Shown here piece by piece: positions 29,178 to 40,171 of a stretch of 64,000 nt of DNA. Every line of letters starts with the position of its first letter. Positions within the stretch are counted from its first letter, which is position 1. The notes under the pieces are model-generated. The model searched no databases, was not told where the DNA came from, and saw only the letters and a list, made by a program, of their open reading frames with translations. Position numbers and translations under genes: made by a program. The DNA comes from Sulfurospirillum sp. (GTDB lineage Bacteria; Campylobacterota; Campylobacteria; Campylobacterales; Sulfurospirillaceae): positions 1 through 64,000 of the forward strand of contig JASFYR010000008.1 of assembly GCA_045047115.1 (NCBI GenBank), written 5' to 3'.

Positions 29178-31030
29178 TGAGTCTTTTTAATACACTTGGA
29201 ACTGGCTACTCAGGTCTCTCTGCAGCTGAAGTGGCAACTGCTACCACGGGACACAATATAGCAAATGCAAATAATAATTACTATACCAGGCAAAGAGTCA
29301 TAACATCAGCTTCGATTCCTTTTCACTCAACACCGGGTGACATAGGTGCGGGGGTTCAGGTATCTAAAATAACAAGGATACATGATGAGTTTGTTTATTC
29401 CAGGTACAAAGATAGCTCAAACGCACTCTCTCATGATGATTATATGCAACAAACATTAAAAGAGGTAGCAAAGTATTTTCCTGATTTACAAAACATGGGT
29501 ATCTCTAATGACTTGAAAAATTATTTTAAATCATGGAATGATTTTGCTTCAAATGCAAATAATGGTTCACAAAAAATTGCACTTGTGCAAAGTGCCTCTA
29601 CATTATCGTCAGATATAAGCAGCACCAGAGCCACTTTGAGGGATTTGCAGGATTCTATAAATAATCAGATAAAATCAAATATCGATGAAGTAAATTCTAT
29701 AGGTAAAAGGATAGCTGATATAAACAAGGAGATAGCTAAAGTAGAGAGCACCCAGCCAAACCAGGCAAATGATTTAAGAGATCAAAGAGATCATCTCGAA
29801 CTTACTCTCTCAAAGATACTTAATGTTTCAGCTTTTAAATCACATATATCTTCACAAAATACAGTAGATGCAAATGCTACTGACCAAGGGGTCGATTATC
29901 ATCTAAATATAGCCGGAAGTTCATTTGTTGACGGATCAAGTTTTCATCCATTGGTTATTGAAAACTCCGGAAATAAGAGTAACTACTACTCTATATATTC
30001 TGAGTCCCAAGATGGAACAAGATATGATTTGACTGACAAGATAACAGGTGGAAAAGCAGGAGCTATGCTTGATCTTAGAGGTCGAACGATAGACAAAACT
30101 ACAAACAATGGATTTCCAACAGACGGGGCTATTCAGGGATATATAGATGATTTGGATACATTTGCAAATTCACTTATAGTTCAGACAAACAATATCTATG
30201 CTAAAAGTGCAAGTACAAAGATGGAATCTTCCAGCCATAAAAATTTAAGTCCGGACGGAACATTATTAAATTCGGAATTAAATATAAAAAGTGGAACTTT
30301 TGATTTAGTTATGTATGACAATAGTGGTGTTGAAGTAGGTAGAAAAGTGATAAATATAAATCAATCGACGAGCATGAGCAATGATACTGTAACAGACAGT
30401 ATAACAAAGCAGATAAATAGCAATAGTGATGACAATAGCGATAATAATTCAACAAATGACATAAGCGACTATTTTACTGCAAACTATGGAACAAATGGTA
30501 TCTTTTACATAAGTCCAAATTCAAGCAAAGCAGCACAAAATTATAGCATTTCACTTGAAGACCATGGGACAAATTTTCCAGGAGCCATAGGTATAAATCA
30601 GTTTTTTACCGGAGACAGTGCAAAAAATATATCTGTGAAAGAAGAGTTTGTGAAAGATCCTGCTTTGATGCAAGGTTATAAAGCTCCAATTGCCGGAAAT
30701 AATGTTGTAGCAAATGATATGGTTCAATTACAATATAATAAAGTGGATTTTTTTAGAAAAAACGGCACTGTAAACAGTGATACCTTAAATGGTTTTTATA
30801 GTTTTGTGACGACAAGGATAGCAACAGATGGAGAAGATGCAGGAAGACAAAAAGATACATCGCAAGCTCTTTTCAACACAGTTCAGGCGGAATTTCAGTC
30901 CATCAGCGGTGTAAACACAGATGAAGAGTTGACAAATTTAATAAAATTTCAGACAGCATACAGTGCAAATGCAAAGGTTATTACAACGGTGGATAAGATG
31001 TTAAATACTCTCTTAGGAATTAAACAGTAA
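29177..31030 (+). CDS. flgK: Hook-associated protein 1
   Basis: GHNIANANNNYYTRQR, ANDLRDQRD, SGVNTDEELTNLIKFQTAYSANAKVI. Confidence 0.97.
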   Translation: MSLFNTLGTGYSGLSAAEVATATTGHNIANANNNYYTRQRVITSASIPFHSTPGDIGAGVQVSKITRIHDEFVYSRYKDSSNALSHDDYMQQTLKEVAKYFPDLQNMGISNDLKNYFKSWNDFASNANNGSQKIALVQSASTLSSDISSTRATLRDLQDSINNQIKSNIDEVNSIGKRIADINKEIAKVESTQPNQANDLRDQRDHLELTLSKILNVSAFKSHISSQNTVDANATDQGVDYHLNIAGSSFVDGSSFHPLVIENSGNKSNYYSIYSESQDGTRYDLTDKITGGKAGAMLDLRGRTIDKTTNNGFPTDGAIQGYIDDLDTFANSLIVQTNNIYAKSASTKMESSSHKNLSPDGTLLNSELNIKSGTFDLVMYDNSGVEVGRKVININQSTSMSNDTVTDSITKQINSNSDDNSDNNSTNDISDYFTANYGTNGIFYISPNSSKAAQNYSISLEDHGTNFPGAIGINQFFTGDSAKNISVKEEFVKDPALMQGYKAPIAGNNVVANDMVQLQYNKVDFFRKNGTVNSDTLNGFYSFVTTRIATDGEDAGRQKDTSQALFNTVQAEFQSISGVNTDEELTNLIKFQTAYSANAKVITTVDKMLNTLLGIKQ

Positions 31031-31031
31031 G

Positions 31032-31841
31032 TTGAAAAAAGCTCCATATATCAGTATACTTGTTTTATGTTTTATATTTTTCTTCTCTTTTTTAATGCCC
31101 TATTTTTATAGAGTTTCACCTTATGAATTAAATCCGGGTGCTATACTTTTGCCCCCGTCTTTTGAACATATATTTGGTACGGACAGATTGGGTCGTGACC
31201 TTTTTGCAAGGCTGATGCAGGGTGGCCAGGTTTCGTTGATTATAGGAGTTTTGAGTGCGTTTATAGCTAGTTTTGCAGGTTTGATTATCGGTATAAGTGC
31301 CGGATATTTTAAAGGTACAGTGGATAAGGGTATAGTAGTTTTAATAGATCTGTTTCTTACATTTCCAACATTTTTTCTACTATTGGCGCTCATCAGTTAT
31401 GTAAATGCCTCGATTTTGGTTTTAATTATCGTCATTTCTGTGACAGGCTGGATGGGTATGGCGAGGATGGTTAGAAGCGAGAGTTTTGCAATATCGCAAA
31501 TGCCATTTATAAAAATTTTGAAAATTGCAAATGTTAGTCCGCTTAAAATAATTTTAAAATACTACACGCCTCTTGTGGCTCCTATATTTTTCATCAGCTT
31601 TACTTTCGGAGTAAGTGGTGCGATATTGGCTGAGAGCGGGCTTAGTTTTCTCGGTATCGGTATAACGCCTCCTCAAATAAGCTGGGGTACTATCATAAGT
31701 GAAGGGAAAGAGGTGATAGATATAGCTTGGTGGCTTAGCTTTTTTCCCGGCTTTTTTATATTTTTAGTAACATTCTCTCTTATAAATATTTCAGATTTTT
31801 TACAAACAAAAACAAATGAAAAAGAGATGGTAAGTGTTTGA
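31032..31841 (+). CDS. Peptide/nickel ABC transporter permease (DppC/OppC-like), orphan
   Basis: HIFGTDRLGRD, WMGMARMVR, AESGLSFLGIG...SWG. Confidence 0.88.
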   Translation: MKKAPYISILVLCFIFFFSFLMPYFYRVSPYELNPGAILLPPSFEHIFGTDRLGRDLFARLMQGGQVSLIIGVLSAFIASFAGLIIGISAGYFKGTVDKGIVVLIDLFLTFPTFFLLLALISYVNASILVLIIVISVTGWMGMARMVRSESFAISQMPFIKILKIANVSPLKIILKYYTPLVAPIFFISFTFGVSGAILAESGLSFLGIGITPPQISWGTIISEGKEVIDIAWWLSFFPGFFIFLVTFSLINISDFLQTKTNEKEMVSV

Positions 31842-32592
31842 TTTAAAAGAAGTATCTAAACTTTTGAACGATGAAGCTAACAAGAGAGATACCAAGGAAG
31901 AGCTTACTCTTCAAAAAGCAGATCCTTTATTGGTAGCATCTGAATATAAAGAGGAGTTTGTATCTTTGATTTGTGCCATGTATGCTTATGGCAATGCAAA
32001 TTTGATAGTAAAATTTTTATCCTCTTTAGATTTTTCACTCCTGGATGCAAATGAAAAAGATATAGAAGAGGGAATGGAAAATAGATACTATAGATTCCAA
32101 TCCTCCAAAGATACAATAGAGATTTTTAAAACATTCAATAAAATCAAAAAAACCACAACTCTAGAAAAAATCTTTATGGATGGATATAGCAAAAATCTTG
32201 ATATAATGGATGGAATATTTAGGCTGATGGAGGTAATATATGATACAAATCCTTACCGTTCAAGAGGATATGAATTTTTAATAGGAAAGATACCAAAGAA
32301 AAAACCGACTTCACCATACAAAAGATGGCATATGTTTTTAAGATGGATGGTAAGAGAGGATAATCTTGATTTTGGGCTATGGAGTGGAGTAGATAAAAAA
32401 GATTTGCTGATGCCGCTAGATACCCATACATTTAAAATAGGTCAAAAACTAGGACTTATAAAGAGAAAAATATATGATTTTAAATCAGTGGTTGAACTAA
32501 CCAACTCTTTGAGAAAATTAGATCCAAAAGACCCAGTAAGATATGATTTTGCGCTTTATAGGATTGGACAAGAGAGATTAATCATCCCTTAA
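31834..32592 (+). CDS. TIGR02757 (DUF2400) family protein
   Basis: YAYGN, YYRFQ, KRWHMFLRWMVR, PLDTH, DPKDPVRYDFALY. Confidence 0.88.
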   Translation: MFDLKEVSKLLNDEANKRDTKEELTLQKADPLLVASEYKEEFVSLICAMYAYGNANLIVKFLSSLDFSLLDANEKDIEEGMENRYYRFQSSKDTIEIFKTFNKIKKTTTLEKIFMDGYSKNLDIMDGIFRLMEVIYDTNPYRSRGYEFLIGKIPKKKPTSPYKRWHMFLRWMVREDNLDFGLWSGVDKKDLLMPLDTHTFKIGQKLGLIKRKIYDFKSVVELTNSLRKLDPKDPVRYDFALYRIGQERLIIP

Positions 32593-32640
32593 ATGAATTT
32601 TAGATAAAATCTCCAAAAATATATTTAAAGGAAAAGTGTA

Positions 32641-33318
32641 ATGAATGAAGTTTTTACATTTTTAGGTCTTGTTAGTCATAATCACAGTTATCTTTTCATC
32701 TCTCATATAGTTTTGGCAGCATTGCTTGCTTTTACTGTTGCAAAACTAGCTACATCTTCCATGCAACTTGTACCTAAGGGTTGTCAAAATGTGATGGAAG
32801 CATTTTTGGATGGCGTACTTTTTATGGGCAAAGATGTTATCGGTGAGAAGTTAGCTAGAAAATACCTTCCCCTTGTCGCAACACTTGGTATGCTTATCTT
32901 TTTTGCAAACATAATGGAGATTATTCCCGGATTTGAACCACCATCCGGCAATATAAATATGACCCTTCCATTGGCTGTAATGGTTTTTTTATACTATAAT
33001 TTTGAGGGCATCAGAGTAAATGGTTTCTTTAAGTACTTTGGACATTTTATGGGTCCGCTTAAGGTTCTGGCGCCTCTAATGTTTCCCGTAGAGATAGTAT
33101 CTCATCTTTCAAGAATCATCTCTTTGTCTTTCCGACTTTTTGGAAATATAAAAGGCGATGATCTGTTTGTTGCTGTTCTGCTTCTGCTTGCTCCTTGGAT
33201 TGCACCGCTTCCTGGTTTTGCATTGATGACATTTTCTGCGGTACTTCAAACTTTTATCTTTATGATACTTACTTATGTTTACCTTGCAGGTGCAGTTTTG
33301 ATAAGCGAAGAACACTAA
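32641..33318 (+). CDS. atpB: F0F1 ATP synthase subunit a
   Basis: [27 protein letters not shown]. Confidence 0.96.
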   Translation: MNEVFTFLGLVSHNHSYLFISHIVLAALLAFTVAKLATSSMQLVPKGCQNVMEAFLDGVLFMGKDVIGEKLARKYLPLVATLGMLIFFANIMEIIPGFEPPSGNINMTLPLAVMVFLYYNFEGIRVNGFFKYFGHFMGPLKVLAPLMFPVEIVSHLSRIISLSFRLFGNIKGDDLFVAVLLLLAPWIAPLPGFALMTFSAVLQTFIFMILTYVYLAGAVLISEEH

Positions 33319-33327
33319 GATAAAAAG

Positions 33328-33609
33328 TTGAGAGAGAAACAAAATTTTTTTGAAAAACTTTTGAGCCTGCTTCAGGGTGCTGCATGGGCACTTGTATTTG
33401 TGGGCTCTGTTTCCTTTTTTTTAACGCTTTATCATCTAGGAATTTTTGTTGCACTTTTTGGTGCTTTTATAGGTGCTTTGCTAGGACTCTTTTTTGTTGT
33501 TCTGTTTGAGATTGCACAGGTTCAGATAGATAAGCTCAAAGAGCTAAAAAAACAGACTGAGCTACTGACTGAACTGACTAAGCAAAATACTAAAACTACG
33601 GAGATTTAG
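33328..33609 (+). CDS. Small membrane protein
   Basis: 93 aa with hydrophobic helices and a C-terminal coiled-coil-like tail. Confidence 0.7.
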   Translation: MREKQNFFEKLLSLLQGAAWALVFVGSVSFFLTLYHLGIFVALFGAFIGALLGLFFVVLFEIAQVQIDKLKELKKQTELLTELTKQNTKTTEI

Positions 33610-33668
33610 AGAACTTAAAAGAAATAAATGATAAAATAAGTTTATAAATAAACAAAAGGTTTTATAAA

Positions 33669-35093
33669 ATGTTTGAAGTTATCATTGGTTTGGAAGTTCA
33701 CACCCAGTTAAATACAAAAACAAAGATATTTTGCTCCTGTCCTACGAGTTTTGGTGATGAACCGAATACAAATGTCTGTCCGGTTTGCTTGGCGCTTCCC
33801 GGTGCGCTTCCCGTTTTAAATATTGAGGCGGTAAAAAAAGCAATCGCATTTGGAACAGCCATCAATGCAACAGTTCATAAAAAATCTATATTTAACAGAA
33901 AAAACTACTTCTATCCTGATCTTCCAAAAGGTTACCAAATCAGCCAGTTTGAGATTCCCATCGTCGAGGGTGGAGAAGTGGTGATAGATTTTGAAGATGG
34001 CAGTAAAAAAACTATAGGGGTTACAAGAGCCCATTTAGAAGAGGATGCGGGTAAAAATACGCATCAAGGTACCGTTAGTCATGTAGATTTGAATCGTGCA
34101 GGAACTCCTTTGCTTGAGATTGTCAGTGAGCCTGATATGAGAAGCGCAGACGAGGCTATAAGATATTTAAAAAAACTACATGCAATTGTTAGATATTTGG
34201 ATATAAGTGATGCAAATATGCAAGAGGGTAGCTTTAGATGTGATGTAAACATTTCTATAAGGCCAAAAGGTGATGAAAAACTGTACACCAGAGCAGAGAT
34301 AAAGAATCTTAACTCTTTTAAATTTATTCAAAAAGCTATAGAGTATGAGACAGAGAGACAAACAAGTGCTTGGGAAGATGGAAATTATGAGCAGGAGGTA
34401 GTTCAGGAGACAAGACTTTTTGATACAGCAAAAGGTATCACAAAAAGCATGAGAAGCAAAGAGGACAGTGCAGAGTACAGATACTTTCCTGACCCTGATC
34501 TTTTACCCGTTATTGTATCAGATGATATGATGAAAGAGTGCAAAAACATACCCGAACTCCCGGATGCAAAAAGAGGAAGATTTGTCGAAGAATATAACAT
34601 AAAAGAGTATGATGCTGCTGTTATAACAAGCACGGTTGAAATGGCAAGATTTTTTGAGGATATGGTTGAAAAAGGTGCAGGTGCAAAACTCAGTACAACT
34701 TGGCTTACAGTCGAGCTTCAAGGTAGACTTCATGATGGTATGACGATTTTAACATCTCCAGTAGATTCTGATACATTGGCAACTTTGGTAAAGAGGATCG
34801 AAGATTCAACTATCAGTGGAAAAGCAGCCAAAGATGTTCTTGATTATCTTATGGAAAACAGTGTTGGTGTAGATGAAGCTATAGAAAAACTGGGCTTGAA
34901 ACAAGTAAGTGATGATGGAGCTATACAAAGTATTATCGATGAAGTTGTTGGTACAAATGGCGATAAGGTAGAGCAGTATAAAAATGGAAAAGATAAACTT
35001 TTTGGCTTTTTTGTTGGACAAGTTATGAAAGCTAGTCGTGGCAAGGCAAATCCGGCAAAAGTCAATGAGCTTCTTAAAAAACAGTTGGGATAA
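33669..35093 (+). CDS. gatB: Asp/Glu-tRNA amidotransferase subunit B
   Basis: [52 protein letters not shown]. Confidence 0.98.
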   Translation: MFEVIIGLEVHTQLNTKTKIFCSCPTSFGDEPNTNVCPVCLALPGALPVLNIEAVKKAIAFGTAINATVHKKSIFNRKNYFYPDLPKGYQISQFEIPIVEGGEVVIDFEDGSKKTIGVTRAHLEEDAGKNTHQGTVSHVDLNRAGTPLLEIVSEPDMRSADEAIRYLKKLHAIVRYLDISDANMQEGSFRCDVNISIRPKGDEKLYTRAEIKNLNSFKFIQKAIEYETERQTSAWEDGNYEQEVVQETRLFDTAKGITKSMRSKEDSAEYRYFPDPDLLPVIVSDDMMKECKNIPELPDAKRGRFVEEYNIKEYDAAVITSTVEMARFFEDMVEKGAGAKLSTTWLTVELQGRLHDGMTILTSPVDSDTLATLVKRIEDSTISGKAAKDVLDYLMENSVGVDEAIEKLGLKQVSDDGAIQSIIDEVVGTNGDKVEQYKNGKDKLFGFFVGQVMKASRGKANPAKVNELLKKQLG

Positions 35094-35099
35094 TCATAA

Positions 35100-36653
35100 A
35101 TGTTAGCGAGGTTGATTGTCTCTTTCGCATACTTTTTAGAGTCATCTAAAAGATATAAAAGAGTCAAAACCTCAACATATAATCTATTGGAAAACCCAAG
35201 ATCAAAGATAAAACCGCTATTTGATTTTTTTATTATATTTTTGGTTATTTTAACAGTTTCTATACTGATATACGATGTCAAAAATAGATTGCCGTATCAT
35301 TTTGAAGTTATTGAAAATATAGCTGTTTCTGTTTTTATATTTGAGTGGTTGGGTAGATTTTGGATTAGTGATAATTTAAGACTGAGAATTATAAATTATT
35401 ACGAAAGAAAGCTGGAACTTGGAGAAAAACCAAAACTATTTACAATTTTAAAACTTATAATTGTACAAAAAATACAATACACCTTTTCTCCAATGTCAAT
35501 TATTGACTTATTGGCGATATTGCCTGCATATAGATCTTTTAGAATACTAAGAATATTTTTAATATTTAGATTGTTCAAGATGTTTAGATATGCGAAAAGT
35601 TTAAATTCATTTTTGAGAATTTTAAAAGATAAAAAATTTGAGTTAAATTTTCTTTTTCTTTTGGGTATATCTGCCGTGTTGTTGGCATCTATAATTATGT
35701 ATGTCTTTGAAGGTGGTGGTGAAAATCCCAAAATTCATTCATTTTTAGATGCGATTTATTGGTCTGCCATAACCATTTCAACTGTTGGGTACGGGGATAT
35801 AACGCCTGTTACTATTGCAGGAAGAGTTATCACTGTTTTTTTGGTGGGTGGCGGTTTTTTGATTCTTGTTTTGTCAACTTCGGTTGTGACAAATGCATTG
35901 TCTGAAAAGATATCTATTCTTAGAGATGAAAAGGTATTGTCTCAAGTTGGAAAATTAACAAATCTGATAGTCATATTTGGCTTCGGAAGAATGGGACAGG
36001 TTCTAGCCGCCCAATTGAAAAAAAGCCATAAAAAGTTCATAGTTGTCGATGTGTCTTATGAAAATCTTGCTAAAGCAAGAGAGAATGATTATTTTTACTT
36101 AAAAGCAGATGCATCCAATTATGATACTGTTGATAGTGTTGTTTTTAAAAATGATGTCAAGAAAGTTGTCCTGACGACAAACAACGATGCCTTAAATCTT
36201 TCAATTCTTTTAACCATAAAAGCCAAATATAAAAATATGGATGTTATAGCCAGAGCAAACAGTTATGAGAATATTAAAAAATTTTATATAGCTAAAGCTG
36301 ATCATGTGATTTTTCCATATCAAACAGTAGCAGAAGTAGCGGTTGAATATATTGGAAATTCTGTAAGATTTGATGCTATAGACAATATTTTGGTTCAAAA
36401 AGACTCTATCACAATTGATGAAATATTGATTCCAGAAGGAAGTGATTATATAGGAAAAAGTATTGATGAAATTGGATTAAATAAATTTAATATTACCATT
36501 ATTTCTGTATTGAAAGAAGACAGCAAGGAGGAGTTTGTTTTTAATCCCAACAGCCATAATTATAAATTTCAAGAAAATGATTCACTTGTTCTGGTTGGTG
36601 AAGAAAAAGATATATTTAAGATAAAAGATGACATTTTAAGGCAACTGATATGA
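35100..36653 (+). CDS. 6-TM potassium channel with RCK (TrkA-N/TrkA-C) domains
   Basis: S4-like RSFRILRIFLIFRLFK; selectivity filter TVGYGD; GFGRMG Rossmann motif. Confidence 0.9.
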   Translation: MLARLIVSFAYFLESSKRYKRVKTSTYNLLENPRSKIKPLFDFFIIFLVILTVSILIYDVKNRLPYHFEVIENIAVSVFIFEWLGRFWISDNLRLRIINYYERKLELGEKPKLFTILKLIIVQKIQYTFSPMSIIDLLAILPAYRSFRILRIFLIFRLFKMFRYAKSLNSFLRILKDKKFELNFLFLLGISAVLLASIIMYVFEGGGENPKIHSFLDAIYWSAITISTVGYGDITPVTIAGRVITVFLVGGGFLILVLSTSVVTNALSEKISILRDEKVLSQVGKLTNLIVIFGFGRMGQVLAAQLKKSHKKFIVVDVSYENLAKARENDYFYLKADASNYDTVDSVVFKNDVKKVVLTTNNDALNLSILLTIKAKYKNMDVIARANSYENIKKFYIAKADHVIFPYQTVAEVAVEYIGNSVRFDAIDNILVQKDSITIDEILIPEGSDYIGKSIDEIGLNKFNITIISVLKEDSKEEFVFNPNSHNYKFQENDSLVLVGEEKDIFKIKDDILRQLI

Positions 36654-37339
36654 GAAAGATAGTTTTGTTCGGTTATTCTAAAACAGGTCGAGAAATTGCA
36701 AAGTTATTATTAACCGATGAATATGAGGTCACCATAATAGATGAAAACCCTATGCAGGTAGCTCTTGCAAATGAAGAGGGTTTTTTTGGAAGGCATGCGA
36801 CTTTAAAAGATGATAAAGTTTTGATTGAAGTCGGTATCGGAAGTGATGCAGAGGTTCTTTTTTGTGTGAGTGATGATGACAGTTTAAATCTGTTTGTTAC
36901 GCTTTCAGCTAGAAATTTAGATAAGGATTTAAAAATATTGACTAAAATTTTGAAAAAAGAAGATGAAAAGAAGATGATTTTAGCAGGAGCAAACCGTATA
37001 ATCAGCCCTTATGATGTTGGTGCTGCCAAGGCTTTTAGAATTATTCAAAAACCCAAGGTTTCAAAAGTATTAAATCAACTCTCAACTCTTAAAAGTAGAA
37101 TATCAATATCTGAAATAGAGATTCCCAAAAGTTCGATTTTAGATGGAGTTCGGCTAAATGAGACAGATATTTTAAAAAATACAAATTTAATTTTTTTAGG
37201 AATGTTAGACAAAGAGTTGGGAGAAAAATTTATATTTTTTGCAAAAGGTATAAATCATAAGCTAGACCATGGAGATATACTTGTAGTTCTAGGTAGTAGA
37301 AAAGACATAAGAGTATTTGAGGAAAAGTTATGGATATAG
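36650..37339 (+). CDS. Stand-alone TrkA-family RCK protein
   Basis: GYSKTG, DDSLNLFVTLSAR, AGANRIISPY; C-terminal TrkA-C. Confidence 0.85.
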   Translation: MRKIVLFGYSKTGREIAKLLLTDEYEVTIIDENPMQVALANEEGFFGRHATLKDDKVLIEVGIGSDAEVLFCVSDDDSLNLFVTLSARNLDKDLKILTKILKKEDEKKMILAGANRIISPYDVGAAKAFRIIQKPKVSKVLNQLSTLKSRISISEIEIPKSSILDGVRLNETDILKNTNLIFLGMLDKELGEKFIFFAKGINHKLDHGDILVVLGSRKDIRVFEEKLWI

Positions 37340-38214
37340 CTGTCATTGGTGCCGGTAAGTGGGGAAGTGCTCTACATTTTGCATTTTCAAGGAACTTTAC
37401 ATGCAAGATAACTTCAAGACATAAAAGAGATATGGATGATTTTGTATCTTTAGAAGAAGCCTTGAAGTTTGAATATCTTGTTTTTGCAATTCCAGCCCAG
37501 GTTGTAGGAGATTGGCTTACGAAAAATTTTATTTTCAGGAATCAAAAAGTATTGGTTGTTGCAAAAGGAATTGAAAAAAATAGCGGAAGTTTCTTAAATC
37601 AGATATTTTCAAAGCATATACCGAATGAAAATTTAGCTTTTTTGTCAGGTCCGTCTTTTGCAAAGGAAGTGATGGAGTCATTGCCAACGGCAGTTGTAAT
37701 AAACTCAAAAAATGAAAAACTGGCTAAACATTTTTCTAAATATTTTCCGGACTTTATAAAGACTTATATAAGTGATGATGTTATAGGTGCTGAAATTTGT
37801 GGTGCATACAAAAATGTCTTGGCGATTGCGAGCGGAATTTGTACAGGGCTTGACTTGGGAAATAATGCAAGAGCTAGCTTGATGGCAAGAGGCTTGGTTG
37901 AAATGCATAGGTTTGGTGAGATTTTTGGTGCAAAAGAGGAGACTTTTTTGGGTCTCAGTGGAGCAGGAGATCTTTTTTTAAGTGCCTCTAGTGAGCTGTC
38001 CAGAAATTTTAGAGTAGGTCTCGCTTTGGCAAAAGAGATAGCGTTAGACGAGATATTGAAAGATTTAGGTGAAGTTGCAGAAGGTGTTTTCACAACAGAA
38101 GCAGTTTTAAAGCTAAGTAAACAATACGATATCTATACACCTATTGCCGAAGAAGTTTCTAAGATTTTAAATGGAAAAAACCCAAAAGAGAGTTTGAAGG
38201 ATTTATTGAGATGA
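37330..38214 (+). CDS. gpsA: NAD(P)H-dependent glycerol-3-phosphate dehydrogenase
   Basis: GAGKWG, KGIE, SGPSFA, GAYKNVLAI, GDLFL...SRN, AEGV. Confidence 0.95.
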   Translation: MDIAVIGAGKWGSALHFAFSRNFTCKITSRHKRDMDDFVSLEEALKFEYLVFAIPAQVVGDWLTKNFIFRNQKVLVVAKGIEKNSGSFLNQIFSKHIPNENLAFLSGPSFAKEVMESLPTAVVINSKNEKLAKHFSKYFPDFIKTYISDDVIGAEICGAYKNVLAIASGICTGLDLGNNARASLMARGLVEMHRFGEIFGAKEETFLGLSGAGDLFLSASSELSRNFRVGLALAKEIALDEILKDLGEVAEGVFTTEAVLKLSKQYDIYTPIAEEVSKILNGKNPKESLKDLLR

Positions 38215-39458
38215 AGTTGATAAAAAATGCAATGATAATTTCCGCAGAAGGTTTTGATAAAAGAGATGTGCTTTTTGATGATGCAAAGATTTTAGAGATA
38301 AATGAGTCTATAGAAGCTCTTGATAAGTGTGATGTTTATGATGCAAAAGGATGCTATCTGCTTCCTGGGTTGATTGATCTTAATGTTAGGCTTGCAAACA
38401 GTGTTTTGAGTAAATCAAATCTCGATAAACTCTCCAAGAGTGCAAGAAAGGGCGGTGTGACAACTGCGGTGATACTCTCTGATTTCACTCCTAGACTTGA
38501 TAGTTCAACTCTTCTTGATTTTTTAAAGCCTACACTTGACGAATCTATCATAAATTTAAAAGTTACTGCACCTTTGACAAATAAAAACAGTGATAAATTA
38601 AATAATATAGCTACACTTATAAATAACGGAGCAAGTGCCATATGGACAAATTCAAATATAAATTCAAATTTGATAAAAAGGGGTATGCAGTATGCTCATA
38701 TGAAAAACAGGCCTCTTTTTTGTTTTTGCTATGATCCTGATCTGGATGATTTAGGACTTGTAAATGAGGGTAAAATCTCTTCAAAACTCGGACTATCAGG
38801 AATATCAAAATTTTCAGAAAGTACAGAAGTTGCAAAAGTAGTTGAGCTGTCTATAGAGTTGGATTCCGCTGTAGTTTTTCAAAGCGTTTCTACCAAGAGA
38901 TCATTAGAGATTATAGATAGTGCAAAAAGACATTGTCAAAATATATACAGTGAAGTAAGTATTCATCATCTCTTGAAAAATGATACAAGTTGCGATGGAT
39001 TTAATACCTATGCAAAAATTCTCCCCCCCTTGAGAGAAGAGGAAGAGAGAAAAAAACTCCTCCAAGCACTAAAGGATGGTCAAGTGGATATTTTGACATC
39101 TTTTCATTCTCCAAAATCAGTTTTGTATAAAGATGTTGCATTTTGGGATGCACACTTTGGGATGGGTTCTATTGAGGAATTTTTTAGACTTGCGTATACT
39201 TTTTTGGTAAAAAAAGAGGGTGTTTCTTTTGAAAAGCTTATGGAGATGTGCTCTTTAAATCCTGCAAAAGCACTAAACTTGGAGAGTAAAGGGAAGATTG
39301 AAGTCGGATATGATGCAGATATGTTTATATTTGATCCAAATCATAAAGAAGTAATAGAAAATCAAACTACCATATATAATCATCAAGAGCTGCTTGGAAA
39401 CATAAAAGAGGTGTTTATCGCCAGGCAAAATTCAATAGAAAATTCTAGAGAGATATAG
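38211..39458 (+). CDS. Dihydroorotase-like amidohydrolase (probably inactive PyrC')
   Basis: PGLID, KGGVTT, PPLRE, NPAK, GYDAD; the metal-binding HxH is replaced by NVR. Confidence 0.85.
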   Translation: MKLIKNAMIISAEGFDKRDVLFDDAKILEINESIEALDKCDVYDAKGCYLLPGLIDLNVRLANSVLSKSNLDKLSKSARKGGVTTAVILSDFTPRLDSSTLLDFLKPTLDESIINLKVTAPLTNKNSDKLNNIATLINNGASAIWTNSNINSNLIKRGMQYAHMKNRPLFCFCYDPDLDDLGLVNEGKISSKLGLSGISKFSESTEVAKVVELSIELDSAVVFQSVSTKRSLEIIDSAKRHCQNIYSEVSIHHLLKNDTSCDGFNTYAKILPPLREEEERKKLLQALKDGQVDILTSFHSPKSVLYKDVAFWDAHFGMGSIEEFFRLAYTFLVKKEGVSFEKLMEMCSLNPAKALNLESKGKIEVGYDADMFIFDPNHKEVIENQTTIYNHQELLGNIKEVFIARQNSIENSREI

Positions 39459-40166
39459 AGCGTGGGGTGGGGCGGGATTGGTATAGATTTTATGCTTTAG
39501 ATTTAACTGATTTTCTAAGTCCTCAGTACTTAATTTTCCTTTTTCTATCCCAAATAAAAAACCACACATCAGTCTTATTTGGCTTCTGAGAAAACTATTT
39601 CCCAGAAAATTTATAACAGTGTATTGTTTGTGTTTGTATGCATAAGCTTTATATATAATTCTGATATCACTGGAGGTATCACTTCCTTTCTTTTTAAAGT
39701 AGGCAAAATTGTGAGTTCCTTCAAAGGTTTTTATAGATGAATTCAGTCTGTGCAAATCAAATTTTGGCATAAATGTTACATAGTTTGTTTGCAAGGGATT
39801 GTATAAAGAGTGTGATACTATATATCTGTATAGCCTTTTTTTTGCGTTAAATCTTGCATGAAAATCCGGATTCACAAATCTTATGTCTTTTATAAATATA
39901 TAAGGTTTTAAGTGGTGATTGAGGATTTTTTTTAGTCTGTCTAAGTCGTAAAAATGCTTTGAAATATCCAAGTGGCATACTTGATTGCAGGCATGAACAC
40001 TTTTATCTGTTCTTCCACTTGCTTGCGATACCGTATTGATGCCCAAGGCATTTAGAGCTATTTGAAAGTTTCCCATTACCGTAGGAATATTGCTCTTTTT
40101 TTGAATTTGAGAGCCAAAAAAGGCTGCCCCATCATAACTAAAAATAATTTTAACTCTTTTTTTCAT
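39432..40166 (-). CDS. truA: tRNA pseudouridine(38-40) synthase
   Basis: SYDG, SGRTDKSVHA, FHARF, FLRSQIR. Confidence 0.95.
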   Translation of the reverse strand: MKKRVKIIFSYDGAAFFGSQIQKKSNIPTVMGNFQIALNALGINTVSQASGRTDKSVHACNQVCHLDISKHFYDLDRLKKILNHHLKPYIFIKDIRFVNPDFHARFNAKKRLYRYIVSHSLYNPLQTNYVTFMPKFDLHRLNSSIKTFEGTHNFAYFKKKGSDTSSDIRIIYKAYAYKHKQYTVINFLGNSFLRSQIRLMCGFLFGIEKGKLSTEDLENQLNLKHKIYTNPAPPHALYLSRIFY

Positions 40167-40171
40167 AAAAA

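Noticed and set aside
32641..33318. atpB separated from the other atp genes, with an atpZ/I-like gene beside hemL
   Set aside because: A split atp operon is normal in Campylobacterota.
37330..38214. gpsA shorter than enterobacterial homologs
   Set aside because: All catalytic motifs are present and the short form is usual in this lineage.
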